In this document: piece by piece, positions 1 through 6,732 of the stretch
Layout of the letters: every line of letters begins with the position of its first letter
Position numbering within the stretch: position 1 is the stretch's first letter
Assembly (NCBI GenBank): GCA_043823085.1
Contig: JBDRBE010000004.1
Location: 269,992-333,991, forward strand
Source: Candidatus Levyibacteriota bacterium
Lineage (GTDB): Bacteria; Patescibacteriota; Microgenomatia; Levybacterales; UBA12049
Direction of reading: 5' to 3'
Length of the DNA: 64,000 nucleotides
The notes under the pieces: model-generated
Told to the model about the DNA's origin: nothing
What the model saw: the letters and a program-made list of their open reading frames with translations, nothing else
Database searches by the model: none
Position numbers and translations under genes: made by a program

Positions 1-64
1 AATGTGGTCAAGGCGCGTGTCTGAAGAACACGTTATTGGTGTTCGATTCACCACTTCGGCACCA
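1..64 (+). tRNA. tRNA-Phe(GAA), 5' end truncated by window edge
   Basis: Anticodon stem-loop cgtgt-ctGAAga-acacg, T arm ggtgttcgattcacc, acceptor 3' strand cttcggc followed by acca. Confidence 0.6.
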
Positions 65-157
65 CTGTCAAACTGAATTTATGGAAATTATCTAGTCGCT
101 TTTGTTTGTGCAGATTTTGATAAAACACATTAAGGCTTTGTTATAAGGTTGCATCAT

Positions 158-229
158 GCGGTGGTAGTTCAGTGGTAGAACGCTTCCTTGCCAAGGAAGA
201 GGTCGGGGGTTCGAATCCCCTCCGCCGCT
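158..229 (+). tRNA. tRNA-Gly(GCC)
   Basis: Acceptor gcggtgg/ccgccgc, D loop agtggtagaa, anticodon loop ttGCCaa, T loop ggttcgaatcc. Confidence 0.8.
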
Positions 230-266
230 CAAAACTTGACAACTTTTTAAAATTGTGTCAACATAA

Positions 267-848
267 TTGCAAATGAGGAAGCTAATCCTGCTCATAACTT
301 TCTTTATAATAACACCTATTTTCTTAATCCTAAGTAGTTATTTTCTTCTAAGATTTTCAAACGCAAATTCAACACAAATTCTTTTGGGAAAAAAGAACGA
401 AAACAAAGCTCCGGTTTACGCAGCGCTACCCTCTGTACAAGATGAATTTATAGCTGACATTATACAATCAGATATCAGAGTTGAAAATGTTAAACAGTTC
501 TTAGCAAGGTATAATTCACCGCTGGCTCCTTTTGCCCAAAACATTGTTTCATCGGCTGATTCAAACAACATTGACTACAGATTAATCCCTGCAATTGCCA
601 TGCAAGAATCAAATCTTTGCGCCAAAGTTCCAAAAAACTCCTACAACTGTTGGGGATTTGGAGTATATGGCAATAAAGTAAAAAGATTCGAAAATTATGG
701 GCAGGCGATAGAAGCAGTCACAAAAACGCTTGCACAAAATTATATTCAAGGCGGCCTCCAAACCCCGGAGGAAATAATGAAAAAATACACCCCTTCAAAC
801 GATGGCTCCTGGGCTAAAAGCGTCAACTTCTTCATGAACCAATTATAA
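267..848 (+). CDS. secreted protein with N-terminal TM/signal and a C-terminal domain carrying N-x-W-G-F/W-G-x-Y-G, resembling glucosaminidase/FlgJ-type peptidoglycan hydrolases; paralog of 1058..1618
   Basis: Long ORF with hydrophobic N-terminus. Shares NCWGFGVYG / NAWGWGIYG and NSPLA motifs with the next ORF. Functional call is weak. Confidence 0.55.
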   Translation: MQMRKLILLITFFIITPIFLILSSYFLLRFSNANSTQILLGKKNENKAPVYAALPSVQDEFIADIIQSDIRVENVKQFLARYNSPLAPFAQNIVSSADSNNIDYRLIPAIAMQESNLCAKVPKNSYNCWGFGVYGNKVKRFENYGQAIEAVTKTLAQNYIQGGLQTPEEIMKKYTPSNDGSWAKSVNFFMNQL

Positions 849-979
849 ATAGCCTATATATCAAGCACTTTATCTGCCAATGATTGTTTGTCAAAATTAA
901 ACATTTGTTGCTATATTAGACCAATTCATAATTCTTAATTCCTGATTCCTGATTCAACAAAGGTTCGCGGTGGGGGGAC

Positions 980-1008
980 TTGACAAACCTATAGTTATCT
1001 GTTATACT
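980..1008 (+). promoter_or_regulatory. sigma70-like promoter TTGACA-17-TATACT upstream of 1058..1618
   Basis: cttgacaaacctatagttatctgttatact read directly. Confidence 0.45.
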
Positions 1009-1057
1009 TCCAAACTAGATCCTAAGGTTAGGCTTTGCCTAACGTTAGGATTTTTTT

Positions 1058-1618
1058 ATGTCCAAAACAATTTTGTCTTTTGTATTTCTTGTTGTCTTTC
1101 TGGCACTAATTATGCCGGAAGCTTCTTATGCAAAAGACGAATACGATCAAAAAATTATCAAAGTTATTTCTTCAAGCACGACCCTTAAGACCGAAGATTC
1201 TCGCACTAATCTTCTCCGACATTTTTTGAATAACTATAATTCTCCTTTAGCCGCAAATGCAGACACTTTTGTTGAAGAAGCTGATAAGAACAATCTCGAT
1301 TGGAGATTTGTTGCGGCTATTTCGGGCGTTGAATCAACCTTTGGGCTAGAAATTCCTTACAAATCCTATAATGCCTGGGGATGGGGAATTTATGGAGACA
1401 ATATGATAAGATTCAACTCGTACGATGAAGGAATTAAAGTCATTTCCAAAAGCTTGAGAGAGAAATACATTAATGCATGGGGGGCTCAAGACATTCATCA
1501 AATTGGACGATTTTACGCCGCCTCGCCAACATGGTCGCAAAGAGTAGTCTATCTTATGGAAAAAGTCGACGAGTTCGCAATAAACAATCCAAAAAATTAT
1601 CTTTCACTTTCTCTTTAA
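1058..1618 (+). CDS. secreted paralog of 267..848 (glucosaminidase-like domain protein)
   Basis: Signal-peptide-like N-terminus (LVVFLALIMPEASYA). Conserved motifs shared with 267..848. Confidence 0.55.
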   Translation: MSKTILSFVFLVVFLALIMPEASYAKDEYDQKIIKVISSSTTLKTEDSRTNLLRHFLNNYNSPLAANADTFVEEADKNNLDWRFVAAISGVESTFGLEIPYKSYNAWGWGIYGDNMIRFNSYDEGIKVISKSLREKYINAWGAQDIHQIGRFYAASPTWSQRVVYLMEKVDEFAINNPKNYLSLSL

Positions 1619-1682
1619 ATTGTGTATAATTGTTTCGCCATTCCTGCGGACCACGTAAAACGTGGCAGGCGTGTCGAAAATT

Positions 1683-1765
1683 GGGTCGGTGGCGGAACTT
1701 GGTATACGCGTACGGTTTAGGACCGTATCCCGAAAGGGTTGGAGGTTCGATTCCTCTCCGACCCA
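1683..1765 (+). tRNA. tRNA-Leu(TAG) with long variable arm
   Basis: Acceptor gggtcgg/ccgaccc, anticodon loop ttTAGga, variable arm tcccgaaaggg, T loop ggttcgattcc. Confidence 0.75.
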
Positions 1766-1895
1766 CAGGATAAAGGGTTCACTTGCCCGCCCGAAGTGCA
1801 CCTTGAGCTGTATACAAATAGTATTGAAAAGGCGAAAGGGAAACGGAGCGGAGGGAGTCCCTTCGTCCGCACAGCATACTTTAGGAATTAAAATT

Positions 1896-2723
1896 ATGAT
1901 ATCTGCAATCGAAAAAATTGAAGACGGAACAATTAAGCTGACAATAACCGTACCTTTTCTTGAGGTTAAAAAAGCCAGAGAAAAGGTAATAGAGAATATT
2001 GCAAAAAACACCGATATTAAGGGATTTAGAAAAGGCAAAGCTCCTAAAAAATTGGTTGAAGAAAAAGTTGATGAAGAGAAAGTCAGAGAAGAAATTCTTA
2101 AAATTCTTCTTCCCGAAAGCTATTTAAATGCTGTTAAAGAACATGATTTAAAACCAATCATGAATCCTAAAATTCAGGTTACGTCGCTTGAAAAAGACAA
2201 AGATTGGCAATTTATCGCTTTTACTTGCGAGCTTCCAAATATTGACCTTGGAGAATATAAAGAGAATATCGGGAAAATTACAGCCAAAACAAAAATAATT
2301 ATTCCTGGAAAAGAAGCCCAAAAACCTCATTTTGAAGAGATAGTAACTGCACTTTTGAAAAGTGTTTCTGTTAAAATTCCAAAAATTCTTCTCGACGGAG
2401 AAGTCGAAAGATTGCTTTCACAAACGCTTGACGAAATAAAAAAACTCGGGCTTAATCTTGACCAATATTTAATGTCAACGGGTAAAACCGCTGAAACTTT
2501 ACGAGCCGAGTATGAAAAAAAAGCTGAAAATGATCTTAAGTTTGAATTTGCGCTTCAAAAAATCGCCGATATTGAAAAAATTACAGTCAGCGAAGAAGAG
2601 ATTAACGAGGCAATTCATAAAGCCAAGGACGAGAATGAAAGAAAGAACCTCGAAAAAAACCGTTATCTTTTGGCTGGAATTTTAAGACAGCAAAAAACCC
2701 TTGATTTTTTAAAAAACTTGTGA
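1896..2723 (+). CDS. tig: trigger factor, short form (N-terminal ribosome-binding domain with GFRKGKAP motif, plus C-terminal domain; PPIase domain apparently absent)
   Basis: MISAIEKIEDGTIKLTITVP...GFRKGKAPKKLVEEK is characteristic of the trigger factor N-domain. Start taken at the ATG after RBS-like aggaatta; the ORF track entry begins upstream inside the tRNA-Leu. Confidence 0.75.
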   Translation: MISAIEKIEDGTIKLTITVPFLEVKKAREKVIENIAKNTDIKGFRKGKAPKKLVEEKVDEEKVREEILKILLPESYLNAVKEHDLKPIMNPKIQVTSLEKDKDWQFIAFTCELPNIDLGEYKENIGKITAKTKIIIPGKEAQKPHFEEIVTALLKSVSVKIPKILLDGEVERLLSQTLDEIKKLGLNLDQYLMSTGKTAETLRAEYEKKAENDLKFEFALQKIADIEKITVSEEEINEAIHKAKDENERKNLEKNRYLLAGILRQQKTLDFLKNL

Positions 2724-2738
2724 TAAGGTGAGGCCTAT

Positions 2739-3383
2739 ATGGCAGATAAAAAAACAAAAAAACAAAAAAAACAATTTATTAATAAAAATGCCGTTGAGGC
2801 CTTACAGGATGTAGGCGGAGGAATTGCAACAGCTGTCAAAAATGATGTGGCCAAAGGCATGATGACTGATCTTTGGGATCAATTTTTGGGCGCTGATAAA
2901 TACAAACAAAGCACAAAAGAAAGCGGAGACCTACAAGAAGGAGAGGAATTAAACCTTAGCGCAAAAAAAGACCAAAAAGAAGAACCTGCGGAAAAAACGC
3001 TTCCCGGACTTGATTATCAAAGAGAAATTCTTCACGGAGAAAGAAGAGTAATTGAAGAAAACAAGCAAGCTATTGAAGTCAAAATACAGGAAATTATTAT
3101 TGAAATTAAAAAACTAACAGCACAGTCCAAAGAACTGCAAGCCCAGTTTAAAGAAATTACTGTAGAAATACTCCCTGTAAATCCTGGCCAATACCATTTG
3201 AACTTTTTTGAATGGATGATTTTAACTATACGACAAGCCCGCATGAAAGTCGAAGATTCGGCGAGTTGGCTAGCTTTGTTTACCAGTAAAAAAGGGAAAA
3301 AGGAATACTGGGCAATGTTCAAAAAACACGGAACAACATTTGGTCTCTCCAACGAACGCGTGGTAGCCACCCAAACCGGCTAA
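2739..3383 (+). CDS. hypothetical protein, Lys/Glu-rich N-terminus, predicted coiled coil
   Basis: 214-aa ORF with housekeeping-like codon usage. No recognisable motif. Confidence 0.5.
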   Translation: MADKKTKKQKKQFINKNAVEALQDVGGGIATAVKNDVAKGMMTDLWDQFLGADKYKQSTKESGDLQEGEELNLSAKKDQKEEPAEKTLPGLDYQREILHGERRVIEENKQAIEVKIQEIIIEIKKLTAQSKELQAQFKEITVEILPVNPGQYHLNFFEWMILTIRQARMKVEDSASWLALFTSKKGKKEYWAMFKKHGTTFGLSNERVVATQTG

Positions 3384-3390
3384 TTGCTTC

Positions 3391-3420
3391 TTGACAAACA
3401 ACTGATTCGAAGAATATAAT
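3391..3420 (+). promoter_or_regulatory. sigma70-like promoter TTGACA-18-TATAAT
   Basis: ttgacaaacaactgattcgaagaatataat. Confidence 0.5.
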
Positions 3421-3431
3421 TTCAATAGAGC

Positions 3432-3565
3432 ATGAAAAAATCTTTATTAACCCTTACCATTACTATGCTCCTTTAAGAGGAGTTGAAATGGTTTGGGAGA
3501 GTAAAGAAGTTTCAAAATAACCAAATCAGTAATGTTTAATCTCCCAAACTTGGGAGATTTTTTTA
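3432..3565 (+). promoter_or_regulatory. putative leader region: 14-codon ORF (MKKSLLTLTITMLL), 10-codon ORF (MVWESKEVSK), intrinsic terminator, and a mutually exclusive antiterminator pairing
   Basis: Terminator ctccc-aaactt-gggag followed by 7 T (3541..3564). gtttgggag (3491..3499) is the exact complement of ctcccaaac (3541..3549). Confidence 0.4.
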
Positions 3566-3575
3566 TGGAGGAGAT

Positions 3576-3815
3576 ATGGAATTTGAAGTTTGTCCTGTAT
3601 GTAAACCTTTAACTTGTGAACGTTCATGCGCGGTTAGAGACGGAATAAATGGGTCTTCCAGAGCATGCAATGATAAGTGTACATTAGAAATAGAGTTTCG
3701 TGGTGGCGTCGAAACTATCGTTTGGACATGTAAAAAAGCCGCGTGCCATGCAAGAAAAGAAGCAATAAAAGCCCATAAAGAACATATTGTTTTCTCACGC
3801 ACGGCCACCGCCTAA
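3576..3815 (+). CDS. small Cys-rich protein (8 Cys, CxxC...CxxxC...CxxxC pattern), possible zinc ribbon
   Basis: 79-aa ORF starting 4 nt after GGAGGAG. The overlapping antisense ORF 3563..3808 is the alternative reading. Confidence 0.4.
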   Translation: MEFEVCPVCKPLTCERSCAVRDGINGSSRACNDKCTLEIEFRGGVETIVWTCKKAACHARKEAIKAHKEHIVFSRTATA

Positions 3816-3876
3816 AAAAGACAATAAAAAATTCAAACTTGACAAATTAGGACAATTTAGATTAAAAATATAAAAT

Positions 3877-4653
3877 ATGCCAGAAACAGGAATCGGAGTC
3901 TTAGAAAAGCCTAAACTACCTCACCCGACCCATGAAATTGCCGCTTATTATACAGGGAAATATAACAGCGCGGAAAAATCAGATAGTCCAGAACTCGCGA
4001 GAATCAATCTTATAAAAATGGCTTTTCCTTATCTTTTGTCATTTAGACAAAGCGACAGAGTATTAGATATAGGAGCAGGAAAACAAATTTTAGAAAGGCA
4101 GCTTAGAAATTACTTTAAAAATAAGGCTGGAAGGCCACTTCAAATACCAATAGTAACTCTTGACGTAGCAAATATTAAGTATAGAAAGTTACTGGAAAAA
4201 AAACAAAAAAATATCCACCATGTATTAGCAAGGAGTGAAAAACTCCCAATTCCAGATGAAAGTATAGCCTTAGTAATTTCAAGCATGGCCTTGGATTTAA
4301 TGCCTGACGAAGCAATTGCTGAAGTTTTTCGAGTTTTGAAACCCTGCTCTCACGCTCTGATAACTCTCCATCATCCGGCGCTGATTCCAAATGATCTTGA
4401 AGAATTATTGAAGAAACAGAATGTTAGAGCAAGCGAAAGAAGAGTTTATGAAATTTGGGACTACCTTATCAAGAATCAGAAACTTTCAAGCGATATGAAT
4501 ACAATAGCAAACAGATTAAATAAATATGGCTTCAATATAGCAACTATTAATGAAGCACGCGACGAAAAAGATACATGGTGGGAGATAGATTTAATCAAAC
4601 CAGAAAAAGCTGATGAAAATAATCTGTGGGCTCAAGAGGAGTCGAACCTCTGA
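3877..4653 (+). CDS. class I SAM-dependent methyltransferase; the 3' end reads into a tRNA-Val fragment
   Basis: Motif I VLDIGAGKQ, motif post-I/II region DESIALVISSMALDL, motif III FRVLKP. The last ~9 codons are encoded by tRNA-like sequence (tgggctcaagaggagtcgaacc). Confidence 0.6.
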   Translation: MPETGIGVLEKPKLPHPTHEIAAYYTGKYNSAEKSDSPELARINLIKMAFPYLLSFRQSDRVLDIGAGKQILERQLRNYFKNKAGRPLQIPIVTLDVANIKYRKLLEKKQKNIHHVLARSEKLPIPDESIALVISSMALDLMPDEAIAEVFRVLKPCSHALITLHHPALIPNDLEELLKKQNVRASERRVYEIWDYLIKNQKLSSDMNTIANRLNKYGFNIATINEARDEKDTWWEIDLIKPEKADENNLWAQEESNL

Positions 4654-4677
4654 CCTTTACAATGTCAATGCAACGCC
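4627..4677 (-). pseudogene. tRNA-Val 3' fragment (anticodon arm through 3' end) duplicated next to the complete tRNA-Val
   Basis: Minus-strand sequence gcgttgcattgacattgtaaaggtcagaggttcgactcctcttgagccca parallels the 3' two-thirds of the adjacent tRNA-Val with several substitutions. Confidence 0.6.
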
Positions 4678-4692
4678 CCGCCTGCCTTGCTG

Positions 4693-4766
4693 TGGAGTTG
4701 ACAGGATTCGAACCTGTGACCTTTGCAATGTCAATGCAACGCTCTAACCAACTGAGCTACAACTCC
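4693..4766 (-). tRNA. tRNA-Val(GAC)
   Basis: Minus strand ggagttgtagctcagttggttagagcgttgcattGACattgcaaaggtcacaggttcgaatcctgtcaactcca. Full cloverleaf. Confidence 0.8.
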
Positions 4767-4780
4767 AAATACGGCGGGCA

Positions 4781-4806
4781 GGTCTAACCAACTGAGCTAT
4801 GAGCCC
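4781..4806 (-). pseudogene. tRNA 5' fragment (acceptor plus D arm: gggctcatagctcagttggttagacc) whose acceptor strand matches the 3' fragment at 4627..4677
   Basis: gggctca pairs with tgagccc of the 3' fragment. The complete tRNA-Val lies between the two fragments. Confidence 0.5.
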
Positions 4807-4869
4807 TAAAATAACATTTAAATTTTAACAGATAAGAGTAAATCGAGCAAGATTAAGAATTTAAACTTT

Positions 4870-4921
4870 ATGAAAAAGATAATTTTAGCCTCTGCCTCTC
4901 CCCGAAGAAAAGAATTGTTAA
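4870..4921 (+). repeat. 52-bp direct repeat, copy 1 (duplicate of the maf 5' end; copy 2 at 5881..5932; 3 mismatches)
   Basis: atgaaaaagataattttagcctctgcctctccccgaagaaaagaattgttaaa versus atgaaaaagataattttagcctctgcctctcctcgaagagaagaattgttaaa. Confidence 0.85.
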
Positions 4922-5748
4922 ACTCTCTGTGGTGTTGGTGGAGGAAATACACTTTCTCCGCGGGGTGAGTTTGCAACCTTTATAACCGCATTTTTATCCA
5001 GCCGAAGTGTAAGAGCATAAGAAACCTTAGGAATGCCATCCTGAGGTCTTGGCTTATATTCAACTATCGTGGCAGATACTCCTGAAAGATTAGTTGCAAG
5101 ATCACCTACCCAACCATTCTGTTCGCTACTTTCACTAACATGATGCCATTTTTGATTCCTTCTGGCAAGGTTGATTAACAAAGGTAATGTAGCTCTATCC
5201 GTAAGCAAACCAATTCTTTTAAGCACTGGTTCTAATACCGAAGGATCTGTATGATCAAGTAAATAAAGATAATCACGAGATTGAAATGAGCCTGGGGTCT
5301 TTAGTTCATCTTGAAAAACGTCTTCTACGCCTGCAGGTTTTCCTTCCAATTCTCTTTCCACCTGAATTTTTTCAACCATCTCATGTATGTCATCTGCCAT
5401 CTTACGCAAGTTTTGACTTTTTCCACATAACATCCTTCTACGCTCATCACCTTCAGGAAATCCTTCAGCAACTTCATATAAAATATTATCTAACACTTCT
5501 ACTGGACTTTCTGCCAATTTTTCTTCTACTTCTCGTCTTGCCCTTTCTCCTGCCATCCTAGCAACATCAGCAATTACCCTACGTTGTTCTCGAGGAATAT
5601 CTAGTCCTATTGTTGGGACTATAATCTGTGCTTTTGTTCGCAACTCTGCTCTACGGGCTGAATCGCCCTTGGTATGTCGATTTATACGAGATTCCACTTG
5701 TTGGAGAGATGGTCTTGATCCTACTTCAGATCTTGGCTCACCATTCAT
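4918..5748 (-). CDS. hypothetical protein (276 aa) on a GC-enriched insertion; distant paralog of 21776..22441
   Basis: Long ORF with visibly higher GC than flanks. Shares N-terminal M-N-E-P..GSR and C-terminal YAL...RGE..PPP segments with the 221-aa protein at 21776..22441. Confidence 0.6.
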   Translation of the reverse strand: MNGEPRSEVGSRPSLQQVESRINRHTKGDSARRAELRTKAQIIVPTIGLDIPREQRRVIADVARMAGERARREVEEKLAESPVEVLDNILYEVAEGFPEGDERRRMLCGKSQNLRKMADDIHEMVEKIQVERELEGKPAGVEDVFQDELKTPGSFQSRDYLYLLDHTDPSVLEPVLKRIGLLTDRATLPLLINLARRNQKWHHVSESSEQNGWVGDLATNLSGVSATIVEYKPRPQDGIPKVSYALTLRLDKNAVIKVANSPRGESVFPPPTPQRV

Positions 5749-5880
5749 ATAGTGTCTTTGATGCTAGCATAGTTTTTTTACAAATGCAAGTGGTTTTTTC
5801 TTAAATACCTGTTAAAATACAGAGAGTAAAAATTTGTTTCCCGTACACGGGAGGGGTAAGGAAAGCTTATCCCGCATTTT

Positions 5881-6462
5881 ATGAAAAAGATAATTTTAGC
5901 CTCTGCCTCTCCTCGAAGAGAAGAATTGTTAAAAAATATCGGATTGAAATTCAGCGTTGAGCCAAGCAACTTAGATGAGAACATGACGCTAAATCTAAAA
6001 CCAGCTAAACTTGCTGAATTTTTATCATTCCAAAAAGCTAAAACCGTGGCCAAAAAATATAAAAATTCGATTATTATTGCCGCCGACACAATCGTTGTAA
6101 TCGGAAATGATATTTTAGGAAAAGCGCATACTGACAAAGAGGCAAAACAGATGTTAAATAAACTGAATGGAAAATCTCACTTGGTAATTACCGGATTTAC
6201 AATTATCGATAGCAATACAAATAAAAAAGTAACCAAATCCGAAAAAACAAAAGTATTCTTTAAAAAACTCAATGCACATGAAATAGATAATTATATAGCA
6301 ACAGGCGAACCGGTAAAAAAAGGAGGGGCGGGATCGTATTGCATTCAGGGTTTTGCCTCGATGTTTATAAAAAAAATTAAAGGAGACTATTTTAATGTTG
6401 TCGGCCTGCCGATATATTCGCTTATGGAATCTCTAAAAAAATTTGGCATCAAAGTTTTGTAA
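5881..6462 (+). CDS. maf: Maf-like nucleotide pyrophosphatase (septum formation protein Maf)
   Basis: N-terminal IILASASPRR with downstream conserved Maf/Ham1 motifs; 193 aa. Confidence 0.8.
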   Translation: MKKIILASASPRREELLKNIGLKFSVEPSNLDENMTLNLKPAKLAEFLSFQKAKTVAKKYKNSIIIAADTIVVIGNDILGKAHTDKEAKQMLNKLNGKSHLVITGFTIIDSNTNKKVTKSEKTKVFFKKLNAHEIDNYIATGEPVKKGGAGSYCIQGFASMFIKKIKGDYFNVVGLPIYSLMESLKKFGIKVL

Positions 6463-6469
6463 AATCAGC

Positions 6470-6498
6470 TTGACATGATGGTTGCAAAGTGATAAAGT
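6470..6498 (+). promoter_or_regulatory. promoter TTGACA-17-TAAAGT upstream of the thrS leader
   Basis: cttgacatgatggttgcaaagtgataaagt. Confidence 0.4.
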
Positions 6499-6511
6499 TA
6501 AAATTATCAAT

Positions 6512-6559
6512 ATGAAAAAATTTGATTTAAAAAAAACTACTACTACCTTTTCCTTCTAG
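6512..6559 (+). promoter_or_regulatory. 15-codon leader ORF MKKFDLKKTTTTFSF with four consecutive Thr codons
   Basis: atg aaa aaa ttt gat tta aaa aaa act act act acc ttt tcc ttc tag, read directly. Confidence 0.5.
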
Positions 6560-6585
6560 TGGGGGGTGGTAAGTTTGTGAAATAA

Positions 6586-6610
6586 AACCTCCCAATAGGA
6601 GGTTTTTTTG
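6586..6610 (+). terminator. intrinsic terminator cctcc(c)-aata-ggagg followed by T7, within the thrS leader
   Basis: aacctcccaataggaggttttttt. The upstream G-run tggggggtgg can pair with cctccc instead, forming an antiterminator. Confidence 0.55.
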
Positions 6611-6732
6611 TGTACATTTGAAAATTTATGAATAGCACACAATCCGTCTAAAAGCGCTCTTCGAGACAAGTCTGACTTGCTCGAGAAGTAAGCTTAGATG
6701 GATGTGTTAAATTCTGATATAATATAAAAATT

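Noticed and set aside
1604-2038. 144-aa minus-strand ORF and the upstream part of the 1662..2723 ORF
   Set aside because: They overlap tRNA-Leu and the trigger factor gene, and the trigger factor N-terminus aligns only from the internal ATG at 1896.
3563-3808. 81-aa minus-strand ORF overlapping the Cys-rich ORF
   Set aside because: Antisense to an ORF with a better RBS and the regular Cys spacing. Kept only as the alternative reading.
6560-6580. T-box-like sequence gggtggtaag in the thrS leader (resembles the conserved T-box AGGGTGGTACCGCG)
   Set aside because: The leader is only about 100 nt from the putative start to the terminator, too short for stem I/specifier architecture, and the ACCGCG half is missing. 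Leader-peptide attenuation explains the four Thr codons more simply.
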